DNA of 64,000 nucleotides from NCBI GenBank assembly GCA_963817955.1, contig CAWFQK010000009.1:155973-219972 (forward strand), given 5' to 3'. The notes below the pieces were generated by a model, which saw only the letters and a list, made by a program, of their open reading frames with translations, had not been told where the DNA came from and ran no database searches. The translations under genes were made by a program, and so were the position numbers. This DNA is from an uncultured Gemmatimonadaceae bacterium (GTDB lineage Bacteria; Gemmatimonadota; Gemmatimonadetes; Gemmatimonadales; Gemmatimonadaceae). Below are positions 9,860-20,036 of this stretch, one piece after another. Numbering within the stretch: position 1 is the stretch's first letter; each line of letters starts with the position of its first letter.

Positions 9860-11161
9860 TCACCCCGCGATTGCCCGTTCTACCTCCGCGAGCCGCGGCT
9901 CGATCTCAATCGGGCGATTCGCGTGTGACGGCGCCGGTGTGATGTCCTGGTGGTACCGGATGATTGCCGCCGGATCTTTCAGCAGGTGCCCGGTGAGGAT
10001 GGCGACAACTCGCTCGCCGCTCGCGATCACGCCCGCAGCGCGCAGCTTCTTGACGCCGGCCACGCTCGCGGCACTGGCTGGCTCGCACCCGATTCCGGCC
10101 GCGTCGATGATCGCTTTCGCCTCGAGAATCTCGTCGTCCGACACGTCCGCGACGACGCCATGTGTCTCACGAATGACGCGCACGGCGCGATCCCACGACG
10201 CTGGCTCTCCAATACGAATGGCGGTGGCGATGGTCTCTGGCGTGACGCGCAGATGTTCGGTGAACCCGCCGCGGAAGCTCTGAGCGAATGGCGCCGCGCC
10301 GCTCGCTTGCACGGCGGCAACCCGCGGCACGCGCGAGATGAACCCGCCGGCGTACAGCTCGCGCAGGGCTTTGCCGATGGCCGACGTGTTGCCAAGGTTG
10401 CCGGCCGGCAGCGCGATCCAGTCCGGCGCATCCCAGCCGAGTTGTTCGAGCAGCTCGATCGCGATCGACTTCTGCCCCTCGAGGCGGAACGGGTTGATCG
10501 AGTTGAGCAGATGCACACCGAGCGCGGTGCTCGATTCTCTCGCCAACGTGAGACATTGATCGAAGTTGCCGCGGACGAGCAGTGTCCTCGCGCCATACGC
10601 CAGAGTCTGCGCCAGCTTGCCGAGCGCCACATTGCCCGCCGGCACGAACACGATCGCCGGCAGCCCCGCCAGCGCGGCGTACGCGGCCAGGGACGCCGAG
10701 GTGTTTCCCGTCGATGCGCAGGCAACGGCGCGCGCGCCGGTCCGCTTCGCCTGCGTCATCGCCACGGTCATGCCGCGATCCTTGAACGATCCCGTCGGGT
10801 TATGGCCCTCGTGCTTGATGAGTAAATGATCAACGGACGCCCATTGGCTCACGCGGTCGCGCTCGAGCAGCGGGGTATTGCCTTCGGGCTGACTGACAAT
10901 GTCCTCACTTCGCACCGAGGGCAGGACGAGCTCGCGATAGCGCCAGACCCCAGAGATGTCAGGGCCCCGAACCGCGGTGCGTCGTGTGGTGAACCGTTCG
11001 CGCAGCATCGCGGCATCGGTGAACGGCGGATGCGTCAGCTCGAGCAGGCCGCCGCACGCTGGGCAGACCGGCGCCGCGTCGCGCTCGTCGAGGGTTGCTC
11101 CGCAGAGCTCGCACTGCTGCCAGGATTCGTGTGTTGTCACTGCCATTGGTGCTCCGTTCAT
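9860..11161 (-). CDS. thrC: Threonine synthase
   Basis: KHEGHNPTGSFKDRG PLP-lysine motif, CASTGNTSAS, PAGNLGN, CEPASAA; N-terminal CxxC..CxxC. Confidence 0.93.
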   Translation of the reverse strand: MNGAPMAVTTHESWQQCELCGATLDERDAAPVCPACGGLLELTHPPFTDAAMLRERFTTRRTAVRGPDISGVWRYRELVLPSVRSEDIVSQPEGNTPLLERDRVSQWASVDHLLIKHEGHNPTGSFKDRGMTVAMTQAKRTGARAVACASTGNTSASLAAYAALAGLPAIVFVPAGNVALGKLAQTLAYGARTLLVRGNFDQCLTLARESSTALGVHLLNSINPFRLEGQKSIAIELLEQLGWDAPDWIALPAGNLGNTSAIGKALRELYAGGFISRVPRVAAVQASGAAPFAQSFRGGFTEHLRVTPETIATAIRIGEPASWDRAVRVIRETHGVVADVSDDEILEAKAIIDAAGIGCEPASAASVAGVKKLRAAGVIASGERVVAILTGHLLKDPAAIIRYHQDITPAPSHANRPIEIEPRLAEVERAIAG

Positions 11162-12210
11162 TCGTCCTCGATGCGTGCGCCGCGTTCGTCTATCTCTGCC
11201 ACTCGCCCGCTCGCGTCGATGCCTGCGGCACGATAGGCAGCAATCATGGAAGTCATCACGTGTTGCGCCAATTCATCACCCTCGGAAAGCGCGAAGGCCG
11301 ACGGCCCGCCGCCGGAGATCGAGCAACCGAGCGCGCCAGCGTCGAGCGCAGCCTGCTTGGCCGCGACAAACCCTGGCAGCAATGGCGCGCGCACCGGCTC
11401 GGCGATGCGATCGTCCACTGCGCCTCTGAGCAACGAGAGCGTACCGGTGTAGAACGCGGCGATCATGGTTGCGACGGCAACCGCCTGGGCCATCGCCGTG
11501 TTCCGATCGACCGTTGCCGGTAGCACCGCGCGCGCATCGGCGGTCTTGAGCTGCATCGCCGGATGGACGAGGACTATGCGCAGACCAGGCGGAACCGGAA
11601 GTCGCACGACGTTCAGCGGCTCGATCGAGCGAATGAGTAGAATGCCGCCGAACAACGCCGGCGCGAGATTGTCGATGTGTCGTCCCGCCAGGCGCTCTTC
11701 TGCCACGAGGGCGGCGGCGAGAAGCGTAGGGAAGTCGAGCGGGTGGCCAAGCAAAGCATTCGCCGCGACAGCGCCCGCAACGGCGGACGCGGCGCTGCCA
11801 CCCTGGCCACCGGCGAGCGGAAGCCCTTTCTCGACGTACAGCGCGATCCCAACATCGGCTGCGCCGGCTCGTCGCAGCACCTCAGTTGCGGCAATCGCCG
11901 ACGCGTGCCGGGTGGGATCGGTGGGCAGTTCGGGGTCACCGGGATCCACCACCCGAACGCCGTTGTCGTCGGTGCGCTCGGCGCGCACGGCATCACCGGG
12001 TCCTGTGACGGCGCATCCCAGGATGTCCAGTCCCGGTCCGATATTGCCGATGCCGCCCGGCGCGAATGCACGAACGGAGCGCCCTGGCTCGAGGGGCGCT
12101 GTCTTCGCGCGAACCGGTCTGTCGCGGTGTGGCTGGTCCCACAAGAAGGTGTTCGTGGACACGTGAATCGCAATTTCGCGCCTCGGGTGTCGGATTGCGA
12201 CTCCAGGCAT
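11158..12210 (-). CDS. thrB: Homoserine kinase
   Basis: GNIGPGLDILG, PLAGGQGGSAAS GHMP motif, HIDN, ISGGGPS; overlaps thrC start; own start uncertain. Confidence 0.9.
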   Translation of the reverse strand: MPGVAIRHPRREIAIHVSTNTFLWDQPHRDRPVRAKTAPLEPGRSVRAFAPGGIGNIGPGLDILGCAVTGPGDAVRAERTDDNGVRVVDPGDPELPTDPTRHASAIAATEVLRRAGAADVGIALYVEKGLPLAGGQGGSAASAVAGAVAANALLGHPLDFPTLLAAALVAEERLAGRHIDNLAPALFGGILLIRSIEPLNVVRLPVPPGLRIVLVHPAMQLKTADARAVLPATVDRNTAMAQAVAVATMIAAFYTGTLSLLRGAVDDRIAEPVRAPLLPGFVAAKQAALDAGALGCSISGGGPSAFALSEGDELAQHVMTSMIAAYRAAGIDASGRVAEIDERGARIEDE

Positions 12211-12272
12211 TTCAATCGGGGATTGGCCGTGGGTTCTTCTTTCACGCGCCTGGCGACGCGAGCTTAGAGGCC

Positions 12273-13586
12273 ATGGTCAAACCGTCTCGCAGTCTGGGCA
12301 CGCTGTCGCTGGTGTTCATTCTGTATTTCACGACATCCGGCGGCGCATACACGACGGAGACGTTGATCCGTTCCGTGGGCCCTGGCCTTGGCCTGCTGAT
12401 CCTGCTCGTTGTGCCGGTAATCTGGTCGGTACCGGAGGTGCTGATCGTTGGCGAGCTCGCGAGCATGCTGCCGGAAGAGGGCGGCTATTACCGGTGGGTC
12501 GATCGGGCGTTCGGCCGGTTCTGGGCCTTTCAGAACGGTTGGCTGACGTGGATGTATTCGCTGGTCGACATGGCGATCTACCCGGTGCTGTTCATTCAGT
12601 ACCTACGGTACTTTGCGCCGGCGCTCGGGGTGGGGGTCGAGTGGATGGTGTCGCTGGCGGTGATCTGGGGGGCGACGGCGATCAATCTGCGCGGCGCCGT
12701 GCGCGTGGGTCGCACGTCGGTGATGGCGGGCAGCTTCATCATGTTGGGGTTTCTCTCGTTGGCTATTGCGTCGCTCTCGCATGCGACGCACGTGCCGTGG
12801 CACCCGTTTGCGAGCCCTGACGCGCGGGGAGTGAGCGGGCTCGCCGTCGGCATATCGATCGCGTTGTGGAACTACATCGGCTGGGACAACGCATCCACGG
12901 TGGAAGGCGAGTTGAAGGATGCGTCGCACAGCTACCCGCGCGCGCTGGCGATCGCGCTACCGCTCGTTTCGCTGGGCTACTTCGTGCCGCTGATGGCGAC
13001 GCTTGCCTCGTCGGACTGGACCAAGTGGACCGATGGGGGCTGGCCGGCGATCGCGATGATGGCGGCCGGCGGAGCGGGTCGGTTCATGGCGATCTGGATT
13101 GCGCTGGGCGGAATGGTGAGCGCGCTGGCTCTATTCAACGCGCTGCTGCTCGCCTACTCGCGTATCCCGTTCGTGATGGCGACGGACGCGCTCCTTCCGC
13201 CCGCCCTCGCCCGCACTGACGACCGTGGGACGCCGCGCAACGCCGTGCTCGCCTCGGCCGTCTGCTACTCGCTGTTCGTGCTCGTCCCCTTTGGCCGCCT
13301 CGTAATCGCCGACGTTCTGCTATACTCGCTCGCCCTATTCCTCGAATTCGGCGCGCTCGTGCGCCTGCGCAAGACGGAGCCGCAACTGCGGGGATCGTTC
13401 CGGATTCCGGCAGGCCGCGGCGCCGTCGCGGTGCTCGCGGGCATCCCGATGGCGGTGCTGGTTGGCGTTATCGCGCTTTCATTTCGCGATGGAGAGTACG
13501 GATTGCCCGCGATCATCGGGGCGGGCGTCGCGGTTGGTCTTGGGCCGATCGTGTATGCGTGGGCCAGGCCGACGGGTGGGCGATGA
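12273..13586 (+). CDS. APC-family amino acid/polyamine permease
   Basis: Multiple TM helices; TSGGAY, ELASMLPEEGGYYRWV, WNYIGWDN motifs; ATG at 12273 after GAGG. Confidence 0.85.
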   Translation: MVKPSRSLGTLSLVFILYFTTSGGAYTTETLIRSVGPGLGLLILLVVPVIWSVPEVLIVGELASMLPEEGGYYRWVDRAFGRFWAFQNGWLTWMYSLVDMAIYPVLFIQYLRYFAPALGVGVEWMVSLAVIWGATAINLRGAVRVGRTSVMAGSFIMLGFLSLAIASLSHATHVPWHPFASPDARGVSGLAVGISIALWNYIGWDNASTVEGELKDASHSYPRALAIALPLVSLGYFVPLMATLASSDWTKWTDGGWPAIAMMAAGGAGRFMAIWIALGGMVSALALFNALLLAYSRIPFVMATDALLPPALARTDDRGTPRNAVLASAVCYSLFVLVPFGRLVIADVLLYSLALFLEFGALVRLRKTEPQLRGSFRIPAGRGAVAVLAGIPMAVLVGVIALSFRDGEYGLPAIIGAGVAVGLGPIVYAWARPTGGR

Positions 13587-13670
13587 CACGGGACACGGGA
13601 CACGGGACACGGGACACGAGAAACTCACAACGCACAACTCACGACTGGAAACTCGAACCTCGCCGACCGG
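13586..13670 (+). repeat. Left arm of ~70-bp inverted repeat with GACACGG and ACTCACA-type heptamers
   Basis: (GACACGG)n then GAAACTCACAAC...CTGGAAACTCGAACCTCGCCGACCGG; reverse complement at 15255-15327. Confidence 0.85.
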
Positions 13671-13810
13671 TGGGCCGACCGCTACGGAGCAGCCAGCGAC
13701 AACCAGCCGGCCAAAACACGGAGCCCAATCCGATCTTCCAGGTCCTTCGCTCGGGAGGACAGGCATCGCGTCTGCACACTGTGATCAGTTGTCAGTGGTG
13801 AGTTGTCAGT

Positions 13811-15206
13811 TGTCAGGGTACAAACCGGTCTGATAGGTGAGCCACAAACCGGGCTGATAGGTGAGCTTGGTGAGACAGCCTTACGTTCGGACATCTTCTG
13901 GGAGGTGTCCGTGCCTTGGCAAGAGAGTTCACCGATGTCGGAACGATTGGCGTTTGTGCAACAGTGCATGCGTCGGAGAGAGTCGCTCCGCGCCGTCTGC
14001 GCCGAGTTTGGCATTAGCGAGAAGACCGGCCATAAGTGGCTGCACCGCTTTGCGACCGACGGGCCGGCGGGCCTCGCGGATCGCTCGCACGCCCGACATG
14101 GGCAGGCCCACCAAATGTCGCCCGCCATGGCCGCCCGCATCATCGCGTTGCGGAAGCGCCACCCGCTGTACGGGCCAGAGAAGCTGCGGGATTGGCTGCA
14201 GCTGCACGAACCGGCGGGAGGACGGTGGCCCGCCGCCAGCACGATCGGGGCGCTGCTCAAACGGGCCGGCCTGGTCGACTCAAGACGCCGGCGCGGCCAG
14301 ACGCATGCCCGCCTGGCGAGTGGGCGCACCGCCGCGACCGCCCCGAACGTGGTCTGGACGGCGGATTTCAAAGGGGAATTCGCGCTCTCAGGCGGCGGGC
14401 CCGAATGCTACCCGCTGACCGTGTTGGATCTGCACAGCCATTTCCTCCTCGGCTGCACCGCCCTGCGCAGTACCGCGGTCCCGACGGCCCGCCAGTGCTT
14501 TGAGCGCCTGTTCCGCGAGTACGGGCTCCCCGAGGTCCTCCGCACGGACAACGGCGTGCCGTTCGCCCAGCCCAATGCGATTGGCCGCCTCGGCTCCCTG
14601 GCGTTCTGGTGGGTGCGGTTGGGCATCCGGCCCGAGCACACGCCGCCGGGCCAGCCCGCCGCCAACGGCGCGCACGAGCGGTTTCACAAAACCCTCAAGG
14701 CCCACACCCTGGGTCCGCCCGCGCCCTCGTTCGTGGCGCAGCAGCGCCGGTTCGATCGCTTTCGCAGCGAATACAACGACGAGCGGCCCCACGCCAGCGT
14801 CGCCGGACACCGTCCCCCGGGCGCGGACTATCACGGCTCGCCGCGGGCCTATCCGCGCCGCCTGCCCCCGATGTGCTATCCGGAGGGGACCGTGGTGCGC
14901 CGCGTCAGCAGCGCCGGCGCGATCAAGGTGCGCGAGGTCAGCTACTCGCTCTCGCACAACCTGGCCGGCGAAGACGTGCGCCTGACCGACACGCACGATG
15001 ATCGCCTCATTGTGGCCTACGGACCGCTCGAGCTGGGAGAGATTCTGCTCGCCACCAATCGGTTTCTCCCGAACGTCCGTTGGACGTTCCCTTTGACTCC
15101 CGCCCCGTGAGGGGATTGCTTCTGGTCTCCAGAGACCACCCTGCTGCCATGCGAGGCTCACCTATCAGCCCGGATTATTGCTCACCTATCAGCCCGTTAC
15201 TTCACA
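13811..15206 (+). mobile_element. IS481-family insertion sequence
   Basis: Two CGG(G/T)CTGATAGGTGAG copies 24 nt apart at left (13826, 13850), inverted at right (15157, 15181); right end ...TTCACA at 15206; left end 13811 (TGT) or ~13817; no clear target duplication. Confidence 0.85.
13911..15110 (+). CDS. IS481-family DDE transposase
   Basis: GGAGG then GTG (MPWQE...); HTH FGISEKTGHKWLHRF; DDE triad WTADFKG / RTDNG / NGAHERFHKTLK; YNDERPH. Confidence 0.92.
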   Translation: MPWQESSPMSERLAFVQQCMRRRESLRAVCAEFGISEKTGHKWLHRFATDGPAGLADRSHARHGQAHQMSPAMAARIIALRKRHPLYGPEKLRDWLQLHEPAGGRWPAASTIGALLKRAGLVDSRRRRGQTHARLASGRTAATAPNVVWTADFKGEFALSGGGPECYPLTVLDLHSHFLLGCTALRSTAVPTARQCFERLFREYGLPEVLRTDNGVPFAQPNAIGRLGSLAFWWVRLGIRPEHTPPGQPAANGAHERFHKTLKAHTLGPPAPSFVAQQRRFDRFRSEYNDERPHASVAGHRPPGADYHGSPRAYPRRLPPMCYPEGTVVRRVSSAGAIKVREVSYSLSHNLAGEDVRLTDTHDDRLIVAYGPLELGEILLATNRFLPNVRWTFPLTPAP

Positions 15207-15254
15207 GTATACCGGTCATGCGCACCAGGGCGCCTGGTTCGCAGGCCACTATCG

Positions 15255-15327
15255 CCGGTCGGCGAGGTTCGAGTTTCCAGTTGTGAGTCGTGAGTTGTGA
15301 GTTTCCCGTTGTCCCGTGTCCCGTGCC
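15255..15327 (-). repeat. Right arm of the inverted repeat enclosing the IS481
   Basis: CCGGTCGGCGAGGTTCGAGTTTCCAG...GTCCCGTGTCCCGTG is the reverse complement of ~13600-13670. Confidence 0.85.
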
Positions 15328-16623
15328 TCACGGCTGCTTGTACACCGTCCCATTCTTCATCACCAACCCTACCTGCCTGATCGCCGAGATGTCCTTGGTC
15401 GGATCGCCTTTCACCGCGATGAGGTCGGCGTAGAGCCCCGGCTTGACCGAACCGATCTTATCGTCCCAGTGAAGCATTTTGGCGTCGGTGGACGTTGCCG
15501 CCCGAAGCGCCTGAACGGGGGACAGACCGTACGCCACCATGAGCTCCAGCTCCCGCGCGTTGTCCCCGTGCGTGAACACGCCCACGTCGCTGCCGCTGCA
15601 TATCGTGACGCCCGCGTCCACGGCCGCTTTGAAGCTCGCCTTCTTCTGCTTGATGCTCGGCGGGTCGGGGTCGATGTGCTTGTAGCCTCGATACTGCAGA
15701 ATTGCATCGCCGGCGGCGACGGTGGGAATGAAACACACCCCGCGATCGGCCATCAGCTTGAACACCTCTGGCGTTCCATTGTCGCCATGCTCGATTGTCT
15801 CCACGCCGGCGAGCACCGCGCGACGCATTCCCTCCGCAGTGCTCGTATGGGCTGCAACGGGGCGCCCCGAGCTCTTGGCGATCGCTACGATCTCGTTCAG
15901 CTCTTCCTGGGTGAACGTCGGCATGGTCTCGCCATTCGGACCCCAGCGATAGTCGGCGTACACCTTGATCCAATCGGCGCCATGCTTGATCTGATCGCGC
16001 ACGACATGCGCGACGCCATCGAGCCCGTCCGCTTCCTCTGCGCCCTGTGGAATCATATCGGCGTACTCGGTCGCGAACCCCTTGGGTGCGTAGCTGCCGG
16101 TCACGACGATGGCGCGCGTCGTGACGAACATGCGCGGTCCCGGAATGATTCCCTGGTTGATCGCCTGCTTCAGGCCGACGTCGGCATACCCGGCGCCCTC
16201 CGTGCCGAGGTCGCGTACGGTGGTGAAACCGGCCATGAGCGTGTTGCGGGCATGGTTCACCGCGCGCGCGACGCGTAGCGCCTCGGACTCGTGCAGCACC
16301 TGATCGTCCCAGGGCGTCTCGTTGTACGGGTGCAGTAGCAGGTGCGAGTGGCCTTCGATGAGCCCCGGCATCAGCGTCATGCCGCTGAGCGTGATCGTCG
16401 TCGCGTCAGCCGGTGCATTGATCTGCGACCGCGGGCCGACCGCCTCGATACGGTCACCACGCACGAGCACCGCCCACCCGTCATGCGGCGCGGCAGCAAC
16501 GCCGTCCCAGACGCGATCGGGAACGAGCACTGTGGCGGTAGCGGCAGGGCGTGGGGCACGGGCTTGTGCCGACGCGAGAACCGGCAGGGCGGCTACCAGA
16601 ATAGCGGAGAGACGGATGCGCAT
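15328..16623 (-). CDS. Secreted metal-dependent amidohydrolase (prolidase-like)
   Basis: PGLIEGHSH, GFTTVRDLG, DWIKVYAD, AAH, IEHG, GSDVG, GLYADLIAV; signal peptide from ATG 16623. Confidence 0.88.
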   Translation of the reverse strand: MRIRLSAILVAALPVLASAQARAPRPAATATVLVPDRVWDGVAAAPHDGWAVLVRGDRIEAVGPRSQINAPADATTITLSGMTLMPGLIEGHSHLLLHPYNETPWDDQVLHESEALRVARAVNHARNTLMAGFTTVRDLGTEGAGYADVGLKQAINQGIIPGPRMFVTTRAIVVTGSYAPKGFATEYADMIPQGAEEADGLDGVAHVVRDQIKHGADWIKVYADYRWGPNGETMPTFTQEELNEIVAIAKSSGRPVAAHTSTAEGMRRAVLAGVETIEHGDNGTPEVFKLMADRGVCFIPTVAAGDAILQYRGYKHIDPDPPSIKQKKASFKAAVDAGVTICSGSDVGVFTHGDNARELELMVAYGLSPVQALRAATSTDAKMLHWDDKIGSVKPGLYADLIAVKGDPTKDISAIRQVGLVMKNGTVYKQP

Positions 16624-16638
16624 GTGTGATACGGGAAG

Positions 16639-16738
16639 GTCATTCTGTGGGAGCGGAGCGATGGAGCAACCTGTCTGCAACCGCGACGTGGCCTTTCAGG
16701 CGACGCGACTGAAGATCCCTTGCTTGGCCCGGAATGAC
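16639..16738. repeat. Degenerate REP-like palindromic element
   Basis: Bounded by GTCATTC...GGAATGAC with internal GAGCGGAGCGA and AGATCCCTTGCT; resembles 61392-61463. Confidence 0.45.
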
Positions 16739-16888
16739 AACTCCGCCGCCCACCCGGGCGGTATTCCTCTCTGCGCCTTACCTTTGGGGACCGGCGCAAC
16801 GCCGCGCTGCTGCAGGTCGTAAGTGTACAGTACGACTGTGCGATCGCCCCGCTCAGTCGCGTCCCGCCCTCAACCTCCGACGTGTATT

Positions 16889-19867
16889 ATGAGAATGAAC
16901 CGGCTCGCTGTCGCACTGACGGTCGTGCTCGCTCTGCCAGCATTCGCGCAGACGCCAAAGAAAGTCCTGACGCAGGCCGATTGGGATAAGTGGAAATCCA
17001 TCAACGCTCCGGCACTGTCGAACGATGGACAGTGGGCCGCGTACACGTTGATCCCACAGGTTGGCGACGGGGAGCTCGTCATTCGGTCCACGTCGGCTAC
17101 CACGGAGTACCATGTTCCGCGCGGCTACCTTGGCCGTCCGAACAACATTCCGGGCGGCCTGCGCGGTCCGGCGGGCGGCACAGGTGAAGGCGACCCGACC
17201 GGCCCCACGGCGACCCCGGCGCAGTTTACCGCCGACAGCCGGTTTGTCATCGTGACTACTCAGGCGACACAGGCAGAAGTCGAGCGTGCTCCCCGCGGAC
17301 GCGGTGCGGCGCCGGCAAACCGTCAGTCGCTCGTCATCGTCAGTTTGCCCGACGGCAAGCAGACGACTATTCCGGGCGTTCGCTCCTTCCGGCTCGCCCG
17401 CGACAACGCGAAGTGGCTTGCCTACGTTGCTGAGCCTACCGATTCAGCGGCTGGCGATTCCACGGCGCGCGGCGCCGGCGCGCCGGCTGGTCGTGGTGGA
17501 CGCGGTGGTCGTGGCGGCGCTCCGGCAGGTGGACGGCGGCAGTTCGGGGCGCCGCTCGTTCTGCGCGATCTTGCCACCGGTGCGGAAGTGCGCCTGGCCG
17601 ATGTGCTCACCTTCGCGTTCGACGACAGTGCCAAGGTGCTTGGCTTCACGGTGGTGTCGCGCGATTCCACGAAGGACGGTGCGTTCCTGCGCAACCTGAC
17701 GAACGACGCAACGACGACACTGTTCGTCGGACACGGCGACTACAAGGCGCTGACATTCGATCGCGTGGCGTCGCAGGTGGCATTCCTGTCCGATCACGAC
17801 GAGTTCGGCCGCGGCGACAAGCCGCGCTACACGTTGTACCAAGCAGCGGTGAAGGGCGGAGCGGCGCAGCCGGTGGTGACGCCGGCGCAGCTGCCTGCCG
17901 GAATGCACATTGCGGACGCCGGCGCCATTGGCTTCACCCGCTCTGGCACGGCGATCACCTTCAGCATCGCTCCCCCCGCGATTGATTCAGTTCCGGCCGA
18001 TTCGTTGACCGGAAAGGCGATGTTCGATCTGTGGCACTACAAGGATCCCGTGCTGCAGCCGACGCAGAAGCTCAACGCGGCTCGCGATCGCAACAAGTCA
18101 TATGGCGCCATCTACTTCACGGCGACCAAGAAGCTGGTGCGCCTCGCTGACGATTCGACCCCGACTGTGGCGTTGTCGGATGACGGAAAGCTTGGCGTGG
18201 CGAACTCGCGCGAGCGATACATGATCGAGTCGATGTGGGGAGAGGGTGGCACTGACGTGTACGTCGTGGATGGCACGACGGGCGCGCGCAAGCTCGTGAA
18301 GGAGAAGATCAACGGCAACGCACAACTGTCGCCCGACGCGAAGTTCGTTGCGTTCTACGATCACGCGCACTGGTACACATACAACACCGCCACCAGCAAG
18401 CTCACCGACATCACGGGTGGCCTGAAGGGCGTGCGCTTCGATAATGAAACCGACGATCATCCAGCCGAGCCGCCCGCATGGGGACTTGCCGGCTGGACGA
18501 AGGGCGACAAGTCGGTGCTGCTGTACGACCGCTTCGATATCTGGGAGCTGGATCCGTCAGGAGTGAAGCCGGCAGTGGTGGTGACCGATTCCGTTGGCCG
18601 CCGCAGCCAGATTCAGTTCCGGCTCGCGGAAGGCGGTGCTGGCCGCGGCGGACGCGGGGGTGGTGGCGGCCGTGGTGGTTCGGCCGCCGGTGACGATCGC
18701 GGCGTGATCGATCCGAGCGAACCGCTGATGCTGCGTGCCGTGAACACGGAGACGATGGCGAGCGGGTTCTATCGCGATCAACTCGGCGTCAAGAAGGAGC
18801 CGGAGAAGATCGTGATGTCAGACCTGGCATACGGTCCGCTCATCAAGGCGGCCAATGCCGGCGTGTACATGACGACGAAGAGCACGTTCGTCGACTTCCC
18901 GAATCTCTGGGTGGGTCCGTCGCTGACGAGCCTCACGAAGATCTCCGATGCAAACCCGCAGCAGAAGGATTACAACTGGGGTACCGTCGAGCTCGTGCAC
19001 TGGTTGAGCGCCGACGGCGTACCCCTCAAGGGCATGCTGTACAAGCCCGAGAACTTCGATCCGACCAAGAAGTACCCAATGATCTCGTACTTCTACGAGA
19101 TCCTGTCGAACGGGCTGTACTCGTACGTGCCGCCCACGGGACGCAACGTCATCAACCCGACGCACTACGTCTCGAACGGCTACATCGTGTTCGAGCCGGA
19201 CATCGTGTACGAAGACGGTTTCCCGGGTCCGAGCGCCGTCAAGGCAATCGTTCCTGGCGTGCAATCGCTGCTGACGCGCGGCTACATCGACGAAACGAAG
19301 CTCGGTCTGCAGGGCCAGTCGTGGGGTGGATATCAGACGGCGTTCCTCATCACGCAGACGCACATGTTTGCGGCGGCGATGGCTGGTGCGCCGGTGTCGA
19401 ACATGACGAGCGCGTACGGTGGCATTCGCTGGGGCACCGGCATCTCGCGTGCGGGGCAGTACGAGACGGGTCAGAGCCGCATCGGCAAGCCGCTGATCGA
19501 CGCGCCGCAGCTCTACATTGCCAACTCGCCGCTGTTCTGGCTGAAGAACGTGACGACGCCGCTGTTCATCATGAGCAACGACATGGACGATGCGGTACCC
19601 TGGTATCAGGGCATCGAGTTCTTCATCGGCATGCGCCGGCTCGGCAAGGAAGCGTATCTGATCGACTACAACAACGACGTGCACAACCCGGCGAGCCGCG
19701 CGAACCAGAAGGACATCGCGATGCGCATGCAGCAGTTCTTCGACAACAAGTTGAAGGGTGCGCCGGCGCCGGACTGGATGGTGCACGGCATCCCGTACGT
19801 CGCGAAGGGGAAGGATCAGCTGGCAACACCGGTACCCGTGCAGGCTGGGGTGGTCAAGCCGCAATAG
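16889..19867 (+). CDS. Secreted S9-family (prolyl oligopeptidase-like) peptidase
   Basis: Signal peptide; beta-propeller region; GQSWGG nucleophile, DMDDAV and NDVHNP catalytic motifs. Confidence 0.9.
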   Translation: MRMNRLAVALTVVLALPAFAQTPKKVLTQADWDKWKSINAPALSNDGQWAAYTLIPQVGDGELVIRSTSATTEYHVPRGYLGRPNNIPGGLRGPAGGTGEGDPTGPTATPAQFTADSRFVIVTTQATQAEVERAPRGRGAAPANRQSLVIVSLPDGKQTTIPGVRSFRLARDNAKWLAYVAEPTDSAAGDSTARGAGAPAGRGGRGGRGGAPAGGRRQFGAPLVLRDLATGAEVRLADVLTFAFDDSAKVLGFTVVSRDSTKDGAFLRNLTNDATTTLFVGHGDYKALTFDRVASQVAFLSDHDEFGRGDKPRYTLYQAAVKGGAAQPVVTPAQLPAGMHIADAGAIGFTRSGTAITFSIAPPAIDSVPADSLTGKAMFDLWHYKDPVLQPTQKLNAARDRNKSYGAIYFTATKKLVRLADDSTPTVALSDDGKLGVANSRERYMIESMWGEGGTDVYVVDGTTGARKLVKEKINGNAQLSPDAKFVAFYDHAHWYTYNTATSKLTDITGGLKGVRFDNETDDHPAEPPAWGLAGWTKGDKSVLLYDRFDIWELDPSGVKPAVVVTDSVGRRSQIQFRLAEGGAGRGGRGGGGGRGGSAAGDDRGVIDPSEPLMLRAVNTETMASGFYRDQLGVKKEPEKIVMSDLAYGPLIKAANAGVYMTTKSTFVDFPNLWVGPSLTSLTKISDANPQQKDYNWGTVELVHWLSADGVPLKGMLYKPENFDPTKKYPMISYFYEILSNGLYSYVPPTGRNVINPTHYVSNGYIVFEPDIVYEDGFPGPSAVKAIVPGVQSLLTRGYIDETKLGLQGQSWGGYQTAFLITQTHMFAAAMAGAPVSNMTSAYGGIRWGTGISRAGQYETGQSRIGKPLIDAPQLYIANSPLFWLKNVTTPLFIMSNDMDDAVPWYQGIEFFIGMRRLGKEAYLIDYNNDVHNPASRANQKDIAMRMQQFFDNKLKGAPAPDWMVHGIPYVAKGKDQLATPVPVQAGVVKPQ

Positions 19868-20036
19868 TTGCGCCGCGCCCAACGTCTTCACGAAATCCCA
19901 TGTCCGACGTAATCGGCGTGATCGGCTCGATGATCGACAACGATCGATAGCTGTAAGTTTCCTGGTGTGACCACATGCGGCATCGTCTGCGTTCGACGAT
20001 GCCGCATCGTTCATTTCATTCCTCTTCTTGTCTTGC

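Noticed and set aside
12130..12272. Threonine attenuator leader upstream of thrB
   Set aside because: No Thr/Ile-rich leader peptide or terminator was visible.
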